A stretch of 64,000 nt of DNA from Octopus sinensis (GCF_006345805.1 NC_043002.1:21142001-21206000); one strand, 5' to 3'. Counted from the stretch's first letter, positions 25,264 through 38,641 are shown. A program made the numbers and translations. The notes: generated from the sequence alone by a model not told the origin.

Positions 25264-27744
25264 TAAGAAGTGTCAGTTGTGGTGTGCAAGAGAGACGGCT
25301 GCGCTGGTATGGTCATGTGACGAGAATGGCTGAAGATAGTTGTGTGCAAAAGTGCTACACCCTAGCAGTTGAGGGAACCTGTGGAAGAGGTAGACCCAGG
25401 AAAACCTGGGACGAGGTGGTGAAGCACGACCTTCGAACTTTAGGTCTCACCAAGGAAATGACTGAAGACCGAGTCCTATGGAAGTGTGCTGTGCATGAGA
25501 GGACCCGGCAGGACTAGTCAGGCCATATCCCGTGGCCCCTACCTGGGACGTAGTCGATCACCTGTGCATACCTTCCTTCTTGTGACACTTGTAAAGACCT
25601 GCTGAGGCAAGTGAAAATCAATCAAAATAGATGAACATCAATGGAATTTGTATCTTTGTGGTACCAGTGCCTGTGGCACACAAGAAAACCATCCGAACGT
25701 GGCCGTAGCCAGTACCGCATCAACTGGCCTCCGTGCTGTGGGAACATGGTGGCACATAAAAACACCATCCGAAGACCCGGCAAGACTAGTCAGGTCATAA
25801 CCCGTGGCCCCTACCTGGGACGTAGTCAGTCCACCTGTACATACCTTCCTTCTTGTGACACTTGTGAAGACCTGTTGAGGCAAGTGAAAATCAAATCAAA
25901 ACAAATCAAAATAGATGAACATCAATGGAATTTGTATCTTTGTGGTACCAGTGCCGGTGGCACACAAGAATCCATCCGAACGTGGCCGTAGTCAGTACCG
26001 CATCACTGGCCATCGTGCTGTGGGCACATAACAGACACCATCCGATCGTGGCCGTTCGCCAGCCTCATCTAGCACCTGTGTCGGTGGCACATAAAAACAC
26101 CATCCGAAGACCCGGCAAGACTAGTCAGGCCATAACCCATGGCCCCTACCTGGGACGTAGTCAGTCCACCTGTGCATACCTTCCTTCTTGTGACACTTGT
26201 GAAGACCTGTTGAGGCAAGTGAAAATCAAAATCAAAACAAATCAAAATAGATGAACATCAATGGAATCTGTATCTTTGTGGTACCAGTGCCGGTGGCACA
26301 CAAGAGAACCATCCGAACGTGGCCGTAGCCAGTTCCGCATCGACCGGCCTCCGTGCTGTGGGCACGTAACAAAAACCATCCTATCATGGCCATTCGCCAG
26401 CCTCATCTGGCACCTGTGTCGGTGGCACATAAAAACACCTTCCGAAGACCCGGCAAGACTAGTCAGTCCACCTGTGCATACCTTCCTTCTTGTGACACTT
26501 GTGAAGACCTGTTGAGGCAAGTGAAAATCAAATCAAATCAAAATAGATGAACATCAATGGAATTTGTATCTTTGTGGTACCAGTGCCTGTGGCACACAAG
26601 AAATCCATCCGAACGTGGCCGTAGTCAGTACCGCATCGACTGGCCATCGTGCTGTGGGCACATAACAAACACCATCCGATCGTGGCCGTTCGCCAGCCTC
26701 ATCTAGCACCTGTGTCGGTGGCACATAAAAACACCATCCGAAGACCCGGCAAGACTAGTCAGGCCATATCCCATGGCCCCTACCTGGGACGTAGTCAGTC
26801 CACCTGTGCATACCTTCCTCCTTTTGATACTTGTGAAGGCCTGTTGAGGCAAGTGAAAATCAAAATCAAAATGAAATCAAAACAAATCAAATCAAATCAA
26901 ATCAAAACAAATCAAAATAGATGAACATTAATGGAATTGTATCTTGTGGTACCAGTGCCGGTGGCACACAAGAAAACCATCCGAACGTGGCCGTAGCCAG
27001 TACCGCACCGACTGGCCTCTGTGCTGTAGGCACATAACAAACACCATCCGATCGTGGCCGTTCGCCAGCCTCATCTGGCACCTGTGTCGGTGGCACATAA
27101 AAACACCATCCGAAGACCCAGCAAGACTAGTCAGGCCATAACCTGTGGCCCCTACCTGGGACGTAGTCAGTCCACCTGTGCATACCTTCCTTCTTGTGAC
27201 ACTTGTGAAGACCTGTTGAGGCAAGTGAAAATCAAATCAAATCAAAACAAATCAAAATAGATGAACATCAATGGAATTTGTATCTTTGTGGTACCAGTGC
27301 ACGTGGCACACAAGAAAACCATCCGAACGTGGCCGTAGCCAGTACCGCATCGACTGGCCTCCGTGCAGTGGGCACGTAACAAACACCATCCGATCGTGGC
27401 CGTTTGCCAGCCTCATCTGGCACCTGTGTCGGTGGCACATAAAAACACCATCCGAGCGTGGCCGTCTGCCAGCCTCGTCTGGCACCTGTGTCGGTGGCAC
27501 ATAAAAAACACCATCCGAGCGTGGCCGTTTGCCAGCCTCGTCTGGCACCTGTGTCGGTGGCACATAAAATCACCCACTACACTCTCGGAGTGGTTGGCGT
27601 TAGGAAGGGCATCCAGCTGTAGAAACACTGCCAGATCTGACTGGACTGGTGCAGCTTTCGGGCTCCCCAGACCCCAGTTGAACCGTCCAACCTATGCTAG
27701 CATGGAAAGCGGACGTTAAATGATGATGATGATGATGATGATGA
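25264..27744 (+). mobile_element. Second, strongly 5'-truncated copy of the same RTE LINE with a six-unit 3' UTR tandem array
   Basis: 25264-25520 is nearly identical to 42114-42370 (QERRLRWYGHV...ERTRQD*). Units are marked by gaggcaagtgaaaatc at ~25605, 25878, 26213, 26514, 26845 and 27219. Ends in (GAT)n. Confidence 0.93.
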
Positions 27745-28147
27745 TATATATATATATATATATATATGTATTCATATATATATACATATATATATATATA
27801 TATTGATAAAAATAGTACGACAACAAAAGAAAGAAAGAGACCCCGATATTATGTAAATAAAAGAATTTTTACCCCCTTACTTTTACTCCCTCCCCTCACT
27901 TAGTGCTCATTCAAATAGCTCTTTTGTCTTAATAATGGTCAGTCACACAGTAATTTCCCTTTGTATAATTGTCATTTTTCATAGCATTTTTCCGATGGCC
28001 GGATAACTGAGGAGATGGCAGCGTGGATTTCCACCTCGGCATCCAAAACTCATTTTTTATCATGGCTCATAGTTTTATCATGGCTACCGAATAATTGTCA
28101 CATATTACATTTACAGCTATATATATATCTATCTATATATATAGATA

Positions 28148-28194
<47 letters not shown>

Positions 28195-28211
28195 ATATAC
28201 ATATATATATA

Positions 28212-28260
<49 letters not shown>

Positions 28261-29355
28261 CAATAAAATATATATATATGAGCTAAAAAAGAAGGCCTCT
28301 AAGAGTTCAGTTTGCAAGAAATAGTAGCCAAATTTTGCTCCCACAATAGTCTACCATCTTAAAAGGGAAGTAATCATTGCTTTATCATGCCTGATAAATA
28401 ATAAAAAGGAGAAAACTGAATGGTCCAAGGTGGAATGCCGTTAAGCTGAAGCTAAACATGTATAACAAAGACAATTTGCAAAGCATAAGAGTAGATAGGA
28501 AAAATAAGGTCCAGAAAAGACTTTGGTCTCAATAGGCTTCTAATTAGGAGGTATTTATTAAGAATTGATTGTTTTGTTAATTAAGCTCTTAACATATTAT
28601 CCTATACTTAAGAAGACCTGTTGAGTCAAGGAAAACCAAAATCGTAGCTGCAGCCAGTGCTCTTTGACTGGCTCCCATTCTGGTATGCATCATCTGAACA
28701 TGATCGATGCCAGTGTCCTCTGACTGGCTCCAGTGCCAGTGGCACATAAAAAGCACAATCTGAATGTAGCCGATGCCAGGTCCACCTAACTGGCTCCCAT
28801 ACCGGTGGTATGTAAAAAGCACCATCTGAATGTGGCCGATGCCAGTACCCACTGACTGGCTCCCATGCCGGTGGCACGTAAAAAGCACCCACTACACCCT
28901 CAGAGTGGTTGGCATTAGGAAGGGCATCCAGTTGTAGAAACATTGCCGGATCAGATTGGCACCTGGTGCAGCCGCTGGCTCTCCAGACCTCAGTCAAACC
29001 GTCCAACCCATGCCAGCATGGAAAATGGACGTTAAACAATGATGATGATGATAATGATGATTTTATGTTCAGAAAGACCTAATAAATATATATTTGAATG
29101 TACTCTGAGGTATCTGTCACATATTTCTAACTCAAAATACTTTGTTAATGATGTCATTTCCATTTTTTACCATTAACTACCAGTAATTATCATTTCTGTC
29201 AGTAACAGCATAATAAATCATAATTGATCCAAAATAACTGGTGTGTTTATTCTTCCTTATATCCAAATTCAAAATAAATAAAAAGATATATTTTTTGCAT
29301 GGAAATTGAAAAAAAACGTGTATATTAAGAGGTTAATTATTTCTGTTTCATTACT

Positions 29356-30052
29356 TTTTAGTAAAGATTGTTTGCCAACATAACATGGCAGTCCTGGTTT
29401 AGGATGAATATTGCTGTAATTTAGCCCCAGGAGACATCGTCTCCAGCTGGCTATATTTTCGAACAAGAGAATCTAGCGCCCCCACTCAGCTCAAAACAAT
29501 ATCTGTGTATTGTGATTTCCAGGTTATTTTCCTTCATCAGCACAGAATAATTGTTCACCTAGAGGTGGTGCTGCCAAATTCCTATTCAAAATATATAGTT
29601 TACAAAGTGATAACTAGTCACTGATCTATAAACTAGAAAATTACTATTTTTAAATCTCACAACAAGAGATATTTAGCAACAGTAATAGTAATTTTCTAAT
29701 TTATAGATCAGGGACTAGTTGTCACATTGAAAACTATATATTTTGAACAGTAATTTGGCAGTGCCACCTCTAGCCGAACAGTTATTCTGTGCTGATGAAG
29801 GGAAATAACCTGGAAATCATGATACACAGATATTGTTTTGAGCTGAGTGAGGGTGCTAGATTCCCTTGTTCGAAAATATAAGGACACAGATCGTGTCATA
29901 TAGCCAGCTGGAGATGATGTCTCCTGGGGCTAAATTACAGCAACATTCGTCCTAAACCAGGACTGCCATGTTATGTTGGCAAACAATCTTTACTCCAAAG
30001 TACTGTTGCTGAATATCTCTCATGAGATTTTAAAATAGTAATTTTCTAATTT
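29356..30052. repeat. Complex nested inverted repeat, ~700 bp
   Basis: Arrangement A-B-C...B'-A'-C': 29356-29455 vs ~29899-29995; 29456-29632 vs 29701-29880; ~29633-29685 vs ~30001-30052. Confidence 0.9.
29786..29830 (+). ncRNA. Hammerhead motif, second family
   Basis: UCUGUG-CUGAUGA-AGG(GAAAUAA)CCU-G-GAA-AUCAUGAU-A-CACAGA. 6-bp helix I, palindromic 8-nt helix III, AUA cleavage triplet. Inverted sister copy at 29502-29546. Confidence 0.55.
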
Positions 30053-30092
30053 ATTACTTTTGTTTTTTCTGTTTTTTTCCATTGCTATTTAG

Positions 30093-30239
30093 GCAGTTGT
30101 TTTATTAAACAAAATTCGCAATACGGGAACAAAAGATTTCAGCGATAATGAAGAAGAAAGTTTATGTCTTCCGGTGACTCTGAAGGCTGAAATATCCCCA
30201 CATTTGCCACCCCCTCCAGAAGGCCTCACACGTAAACAG
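30093..30239 (+). CDS. ARHGEF10: ARHGEF10-like exon (AVVLLNKIRNT...SPHLPPPPEGLTRKQ)
   Basis: tttAG| acceptor, cag|GTaagt donor, 147 nt, phase 0-0. PPPPEGLTRKQ resembles the pre-DH motif PMPEGLSQQQ. Confidence 0.85.
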
Positions 30240-32036
30240 GTAAGTTCCATTTGCATTCCAGACTTGTTGCTTCATGTCTATATACAGAGAAAGATTATAG
30301 ATTACCTTGTTGTTGTTGCTGTCTTCTTCTTCTTCTTCTTCTTCTTCTTCTTCTTCTTCTTCTTCTTCTTCTTCTTCTCCTCCTCCTCCTCCTCCTCCTC
30401 TTCCTCCTCCTCCTCCTCCTCCTTCTCCTACTTCTTCTTCTTCTTCCAATCAGGACTCACGCCATTAGCCACAAAGAATAATCTCTAACTCGAGCCTACT
30501 CTAAGCTACTAAGAATGTGTAAGATCCACCCACCACATGTGATAGACTGGCGGTTGCATGGGTACGAAAACTACGTTGTTATCCTCATTCCGCAAATGGT
30601 GGCTTTTAATGGGTGGAGAGCTGAACCATCTTGGAGTACAGAGGATTCGCAATCTAGACTAGGGTCTGAAAGTTTACCACATCATAGTAGGTTACACCAT
30701 GGTTCCTCTGCTTTGTGGCAGAAGTAGGAAGAAAGAGTGAGAGAAAGTTGTGGTGAAAGAGTACAGCGGGGTTCACCACCTCCTCCTGCCAGAGCCTCGT
30801 GGAGCTTAGGTGTTTTTGCTCAATAAACACTCACATTGCACGGTCTGGGAATTGAAACCATGTTCTTACGACCATGAGTCCGCTGCCCTAACCACTGGCC
30901 ATTGTGCCTCCACTGATGCTGCTGTTGATTTTATGCTGTTCTAGTCTAGTAAGGCTTTGTCAAGCCAAAGTATGACAAAGTAAGTTGTCAGTTGAATCAC
31001 TACAGCTGATAGTGAACCCTGTTCTATTGCTCTAGATCAGGGGTTGGCTAACTTCTTGTATTATTGACCCCTTCATGGGATCATTGATAAGTTATCAAAC
31101 CCCATGCTGTAAATTTCTGAAATATAATTTAAAATTTAATTAATAAAATTTTTCTTATTTAAAACCACTAATTCCCTCATTCTTTTGTATCATTACCCAT
31201 TTTTTGTGAAGAAATATTTCAATGAAATTTAATGAAAATGCTTAACAAAATTATCAAAAAACACTAAAAATTCAATCATGTTATATTGATATAGTTGGAA
31301 TATCAATAGCCTATCAACTGGCACTCTGTTGATTAATGCAACAAATGCTCCAATTGATCTGATCAACGGAACAGCTTGCTTGTGAAATTAACAGGCAAGT
31401 GGTTGAGTACTCCATAGACATGCATACCTTTAACATAGCTCTCAGGGAGATTCAGTGTGACATAAAATGTGACAAGACTGGCCCTTTGAATTACAGGTAC
31501 AAGTCATTTTTGCAAGCTGAATGGACTGGAGCACCGTAAAATAAAGTGTCTTGTTTAAGAACACCATGCGCTGATGGAAATTGAACTCACAACCTTACAA
31601 TTGTAAACTGAATGCCCTAACCACTAAGCCACATGCCTTCACACTTTTTCATGAAACAAATAAACCATTTGCCCATATGGCATGTTGACCAGAGATATAC
31701 CAAAACAGTTCGTTCAGTTTGATTTTGATTTGTTTTTCTATGCAAGCAAGGGTTACGGTGGGAAGTACATGATGAAAGATTTTCATGGCTGAGTGTTCTT
31801 CTTGTCACTAACCCATCCTGTTTTTTTTTCAAGGAAGGAATTTTAATTCCAGAAGAATTCAAATGCATTTTAAAAGTGGCTGCTTTGTTAACAGGAAATA
31901 TCGAGAGAGGTCTCTGGTGGTTGGCCTACTTATCAGTGATGTCACTGAGTGTAGCATAGATCACTATAAGTTGTAAGCATTCACAGACACCAAACACACA
32001 TACACACCCACCTACATGCATGCACATGCACACACA

Positions 32037-32081
<45 letters not shown>

Positions 32082-32090
32082 AAACATATA

Positions 32091-33264
32091 CACAGACATG
32101 ACAGAAGAAAATAGACACCCTTATAATCATTAAAATTTATTATTATTTATTAATTGTTATAATGTGAATATTTAATATTTAGTAAACGTGCTCTTTGAAT
32201 TTTTTCCAATGCAAGAACCCTATTAGGCATGTTACAGATCGAATAACGAATATTCTCTTGCAGAATTTCTTGCCGAGTTTCATGCAGTAATCTCAAAAGA
32301 TCTGGCTTTGAAGATGCTCTCTTGTTCTTTTTATGAAGTGTCCTGTCCATTATGTCCCAGAGATGTTCAATAGGGTCTGTATCTGGTGACTCGCTTGGCC
32401 ATGAAAGCTTTTTAATGTCATTCTCATCCAGCAAATCTTGGGTCATTTCAGCTGTGTGACAAGGAACTCCCTTTTCCATAAATAGAGCATCTTCTTTAGT
32501 CATTTCACCCCTGGAGAAGATTGGAAGGAGTCCTTTCTGCAGTATGGATGCATATTTATCTGAGTTTATGTTTCCCTCACATTCCACTAACTCTGACCAT
32601 TGCAGAATAGCTGTTGTGTTTCACTGTTGGCTGCAAATTCTTGAGACCCACATTCGACCACTGTCAGGAAATACAGCAAATCTGGACTTATTAGAAAATA
32701 TGATAGTGTCCCAAAATGCTAGTGACCTCACCACCATCTCACTGGCCCAACCTTTTCTCCGCTTGTTGTTGGCTGGTCGGAGAAGTGGTTTCCTTCTTGC
32801 TGCTCTGCCATAGTAACCCAGTTTGTGGAGATACCTGACAGCTTTTCTGGAACTGACATTAACTTGTTTTGCTATGTCAGAGGCCTTGCAACGAGGATTA
32901 TCCTCCACACTTCTCTTAACAAAGAGAAGGGTCCTGTCAGAGGGCCCTGGTTGATCTGGGCAAGGTGATGTGGACTTCTTTCCCTCTCTGGTGAATTGCA
33001 CAATCACTCTATTAACTGTAGAAAATGGGATCCCAAGGTTTTCTTCAATTTTATGCTATGTCCACCTTCAGAATGACCCACAATATGGCCTCTTTGAAAT
33101 TCAGACAGTTCCAAGGCTGCTTTTGTATATGGCACAATTAAACAGTCACATATAGGAGATAAAACATAAAAATGTCAATTAATAAAAAATATAAACCTTT
33201 ACAACTTAGAATAAACATAAAACGATGCTTCATGGGGTGTCTATTTACTTCTGTCATGTCTGTG
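32091..33264 (-). mobile_element. Internally deleted Tc1-like transposon with 30-bp TIRs and TA target duplication
   Basis: TIR CACAGACATGACAGAAGAAAATAGACACCC with 1 mismatch, TA on both sides. ORFs 32621-33007 (ARRKPLL, FSNKSRF) and 32150-32587 (WPSESPDTDPIEHLW). Catalytic Asp residues are substituted. Confidence 0.92.
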
Positions 33265-33464
33265 TACATGCAAAGTATATAGATACATAATCAACAAGCT
33301 TCTTTGAATTTTCATCAATTAAATTCCCTCATAAGGCATTGATTGGTCTAAGGCTATAGTAGAAAACATCTGCTGTACAGTGGGATTGAACCTAAAGCCA
33401 CTTGGCTGAGAAACAAACTACTTAACCACACAACCATACTTGTAGATAATATTTCAATAAACAA

Positions 33465-33750
33465 ATCATCATCATCATCATCATCATCGTTTAGCGTCCG
33501 CTTTCCATGCTAGCATGGGTTGGACGATTTTGACTGAGGGCTGGCGAACCAGATGGCTGCACCAGGGTCCAGTCTTGATTTGGCACAGTTTCTACGGCTG
33601 GATGCCCTTCCTAATGCCAACCACTCCGAGAGTGTAGTGGGTGCTTTTTACGTGCCACCGGCACGGGGGTCAGTCTGGCGGTACTGGCAACGACCTCGCT
33701 CGAATCCTTTTATACATGCCACCAGCACAGGTGCCAGTAAGGCAACTTAG
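33465..33750 (-). mobile_element. RTE 3'-tail family: short copies ending ...gcatggaaagcggacgttaaa(cga)tgatgat (representative copy)
   Basis: Same 3' end as the RTE LINEs. Other copies (approximate): 1085-1210(+), 2137-2375(-), 18505-18670(-), 19995-20555(+), 21915-22170(-), 28610-29055(+), 45790-46192(+), 54960-55145(-), 56768-57062(-), 61130-61350(+). Confidence 0.85.
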
Positions 33751-35689
33751 ATAAAGATCAAATAAATAAATAAATAAATAAATAGATAAATAAATAAATA
33801 AATAAGCAAGAACAAAAGAACACCGTTTTTATTAAAATTTACACAATAAAATAACCCTTGGCTTCTGTAGTCTTTAAAGTAACAGAGCAGACATCTAATA
33901 ACTTACCAATTGATCAAGCAAACAAACTGGATACAAAGAGAGGCCCCTAAGTTTTGGTAATTGGAGATTTTTAATGATGGCGCTCTAAAGGTTGGCGAAT
34001 GGTGATAGTGATGGTAGTAGTCATAGTTGTGGTGGTAGTGGTGGCAACAGCAGCAGAAATGGTGGTGGCAGTGGTAGTTGTCCTTATTGTTGTGGTTATA
34101 GTGTAGTTCATGTATTTAATTGATGGTTGGTCATAGTGGTTGGTGAAGTTCAAGTGGTTAAGGGTGATGGCCATGCTTGGACATTGGGTCTCAACTGGTT
34201 GTGGGTGGTGGCCATGGTTGGGCATTGAAACTCAAGTGATTATGGGTGGTGGTCATGGTTGGACACTGAAACTCAAATAGTTTGTGGATGATAGGTTGGG
34301 ATGAATAATGGTAGTTGGACAAGAATAAAGGAATAAGGGAACAAGGGTCAGTCATGGCTGTCTGCTTAAGAAGTTCCCTCTACGGCTATGTGATTTCAGG
34401 TTCAATCTCATGGCAAGGTACCTGGAGCAAGCGTTTTCTACCAAAAGCCCCAGGTTGACCAAAACCTTATGAATAAAATTTAGTAGATGGTAATTTTATG
34501 GAAGGCCAATCAAAGGGGTCACTATTGCTGTTCTCCATTGGGTAGGACTTAATCCATTGTTTAGTTTAAATCCCAAACTTGGTACCCGTGGTAATTTTAA
34601 CAGAGTCTGTTCCCTTGGAAGCATTCAGGCTGAAATCTGAAAATAACTTCCCTGATTGTCACCAGTCTCAGAGTTCCTGGAAAAGTCATGGATGTCGGCC
34701 TTTGTCTTGTGGCTAAACAAACACATACACACACACATGCACACATACATGCACACACATACATGCTCACACACACATGCACATATATGTACATACACAT
34801 GCACATATATGCACACACACACACAAACTCACAAACATACATGCACACACGTACACACACATACACAAATGCACACATGTGCACTCACACACACAGTCAC
34901 ACACTTACCTGCACAAACACATGCACACATGTGCACACACTCACACACATGCACACATGTCACGTGTGCACACATACACATGCACACACATATGAATGCA
35001 CACATACACGCACACAATCAAACATCATCAGTATTGTTTGTCTGTTTCTTCATGCTGGCATGGGTTAGATGGCTTTTTCTAGGACAGTTTTATGGTGACA
35101 TATCCTTCTCATTGCCAGCTGTTTTAAATCTTTTATTCGTTTCAGTCATTTGACTGCAGCCATGCTGGAGTACTACCTTTAGTCGAACAAATCGACCTCA
35201 GGACTTATTCTTTGTAAGCCTAGCACTTATTCTATCGGTCTCTTTGGCCAAACTGCTAAGTTACAGGGACACAAACACAACAACATTGGTTCTCAAGCGA
35301 TGGAGGGGGGACAACCACAGTCACCCAAACACACACACACACATTTATATATTTATATATATATATATATATGATGGGCTTCTTTCAGTTTCCATCTACC
35401 AAATCCACTCACAAGGCTTTAGCTGGCCTGAGGCTATAGAAGAAGACATTTGCCCACGGTGCCATGCAGTGGGACTGAACCAGAAACCATGTGGTTGATA
35501 AGCAAGCTACTTACTACATAGCCACTCTTTCGCCTGTTTTAGTCACCTTTTATGAAATGCAAGGACATTGTGTGCATAATCTACAAATGGGATGCACACA
35601 ATAATAGGATATCAAACAAGCAAACAAACTGGGTAAAAACAGTGGCACATAATTTTTGGGTGGTTGTATATGTTGAATGGTGGAGCTGA

Positions 35690-36412
35690 AGAGGTTATTG
35701 TAGTTGTAGTTGTTGTTGATGGTGGTGGTTGAGCTGATGGTGGTTGCTGGTTGTGATGGTAGCAATGATGATGATATTGGTGATGGTGGTGGTTTTGGTA
35801 ATGGTGGTGGTGGTAGTGATGATGATGATGGTATTGGTAAAGGTGGTGATAGAGGTGGTGGATGGTGGTGATGGTGCTGGTGGATGATGGTAATGGTAAT
35901 GGTAATGGTGGTGGTGGTGGTGATGATGGTATTGGTAAAGGTGGTGATAGAGGTGGTGGATGGTGGTAGTTGTGGATGATGGTGGTGGTAAAGGTGGCAA
36001 TAGAGGTGGTGGATGGTGGTGATGCCGCTGGTGGATGATGGTAATGGTAATGGTAATGGTGGTGGTGGTGGTGGTGATGGTGGTGGTGCCGGAATAAAAT
36101 AACGTGGAAACAAGACAAAGCACTATATCTGTCTGCTTCGTTAATCATCTTTATTAAATGGCAAATCGGGTGTAATTGTTGACACCACAATTGCTGTGGC
36201 TGCAAATGTCATGGCAACAATTACTAGATTGCACCCTCCTCCTCTCACCCCACTCTTCCTCTTCCTATATCTCTATCCCTAACCTTATCATCCCTCTCTC
36301 TTTCTCTCTCTCTTTCTCTTTTTCTTTCTCCCTCCTCTCTCTCTGTTTCTAACTCTTACTCCTCCTCACATGTCATTTAGAGGAGAGTGGTAACTTTGTT
36401 AGAACCCATTTG

Positions 36413-36461
<49 letters not shown>

Positions 36462-36891
36462 TGTGTGTGTGTGTGTGAATGAGGATTTTATATATGTGTG
36501 CTTGTGTCTAACAATCTGTCTGTGTGTCTCTGTATGTTTTTTGTGTGTGTCTGTCTCTCTGACTCTGTATGCTTGTGTGTGGATGTGTGCATGTGTACGT
36601 AACTGTGTATGCATGTATGTGTGTGTGTGTGTGTGTATGTTTGTATCCTTATGTGTGTAAGTGTGTCTTGCCTTTGTGCCTCTATATTCCTGCATGCATG
36701 CCTCTGTGTGTGTGAGTGTGTGTGTGTGTGTATGTGTGTGTGTATGAGTGTGTGAGTGTGTGCACACACTAGTATGCATGTGTATCCCTCTGTCTGTCTG
36801 TCTCTCATTGTGTCTCTATATGTCTGCACATGTGCCTCAGTGCATGTGTGAGTGTATGTGTGTGTATGCGTGTGAGTGTGTGCATGTGTGT

Positions 36892-36922
<31 letters not shown>

Positions 36923-37980
36923 CACCCACACACTAGTATGTATGTGTATCCATCTGTCTGTGTATGTGTATGTGTGTGAGTGTGTGTGTGTGTGTGTTTG
37001 TGCGCATGTACACACTAGTATGTATGTGTATCCGTCTGTCTGTCTGTCTGTGCATGAGTGAGAGAGTGTGTGTGTGTATGCATGCACACGCTAGTATGTA
37101 TGTGTATCCGTCTGTCTGTCTGTCTGTCTAACTGTCTGTCTGTCTGTCTGTCTATCTATATGTCTGTCTATCAGTCTGTATGTCTGTCTGCGTTACTTTA
37201 TCCAGGAATGTCAAATTCTCATGTTGTTCCACTCACTGCTACAAATGTTGCTATTCTTCATATTGTTACTATTATTGTTGTTGCTCCTTCTGCTGCTGCT
37301 CTTTCTGCTGATGCTGTTGTTGTTGTTGTTGTTATTGTCCTAGTTGTTGCAGTGGTTGTTGATAAAACCTGTCATTTTCGTTGCTATTCTAGTTGTTGCT
37401 GCTATTGTGGTCAACATTTGTTGCTATTGTCATTATGACACTGTTGTCTTAGTTGTTGTTATTGTACTAGTAGTGGTGGTGGTGGTAGCGTTGGTTGTAA
37501 TAGTTGTGGTAGTGGTGTTGGTGTTGGTAGTGGTGGTGGTAGTGATGGTGTTGGTTGTAGTTGTAGTGGTGGTGGTGGTAGTGGTGGTGGTGGCGGTGTT
37601 GGTGGTGGCAGCAGTGGTAGTGGTGGTGGTGGTGGTGTTGGTGGTGGTGGTGGTGTTGGTGGTAGTGGTGGTGTTGGTTGTTGTTGTAGTGATGGTGGTG
37701 GTGGCAGCAGTGGTAGTGGTGGTGGTGGTGTTAGTGGTGATGGTGGTGGTGGTGTTGTTGGTGGTAGTGATGTTGTTATTGTTGGTGGTGGTGGTGTTGG
37801 TTGTAGTAGTAGTGGTGGTGGTGGTGGTGGTGATGGTAGTAATAGTAGTAGTTGTAGCTGGTATTGTTGCAGAAGATGATGTTGTAGATATTGTTGCTAT
37901 TGTAGTAATAATTCATGTTATTATCATTATTATTGTTGTAGTAGATGTTTTATTCCTATTGTTGTTGCTGTTTTTGTTGT
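35690..37980. repeat. Compound (GGT/GAT)n, (TC)n, (TG)n and (GGT/GTA)n low-complexity tract
   Basis: Direct inspection. Internal higher-order repetition is visible. Confidence 0.95.
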
Positions 37981-38606
37981 TCTCATCATCATAATCATCA
38001 TCAAGGTAGTGTGCTGGCAGAATTGCCAGCGCCTCACACAAAACGTTCCATAGTATTTCTCCTTGCTCTTTACAATCTGGCTCCAAATCCCTTCAAAGTC
38101 AACTCTGCTCTCATCTCTTCAGAGCTGGCCGAATTATTAACGCATTCGACAAAATGCTTAACAGCATCACTTCTGTCCAAATGTTCTCAGTTCAAATTCT
38201 GTCGAGGCTGACTTTGCCTTTCATTTTCTGGGGTCAGTAAAATAAATACCAGTTGAGTAATGGTACTGATGTAGTTGACTCAACCCCTCTTTCCTTCCAA
38301 AATTTCAGGCCTTGTACCTATGTTAGAAGGGACTGTGAGATTCTTCGATCATCCCTAGAAGTGTTCCTGCATACTTCTGTGGTTTGTTTTATTGTATACT
38401 ATGTATACTTTATATATATTTATACACAAATACACACACACACACCTTATAAAAACAGCCAACAACTGATGAAGGGTCATTCTTTATGTTGTTTGTTTTG
38501 TTTTCCATTTGTGTCTTTCATTGTTTGAAAGAATAGTTTATGTTCCAAGTACTTGTGCTTCATACTTTTTTGTTGTACAAGTTTCATGATGTCCGGTGCT
38601 CACATA

Positions 38607-38641
<35 letters not shown>

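Noticed and set aside
25520-27600. Regular repeat array as a CRISPR-like or multi-ORF locus
   Set aside because: The context is eukaryotic, there are no unique spacers, and the units are copies of the RTE 3' UTR. The overlapping ORFs are incidental.
30143-30239. Alternative acceptor tttcAG at 30142 for the exon ending at 30239
   Set aside because: It gives phase 2, incompatible with the phase-0 end of exon 19234. The acceptor at 30092 fits.
31036-31100. hAT-like TIR start (ctagatCAGGGGTTGGCTAAC)
   Set aside because: No matching right terminus or TSD was found.
35550-37994. Long Pro/His/Val-rich ORFs, including a hydrophobic 216-aa ORF
   Set aside because: They come from trinucleotide and dinucleotide low-complexity sequence.
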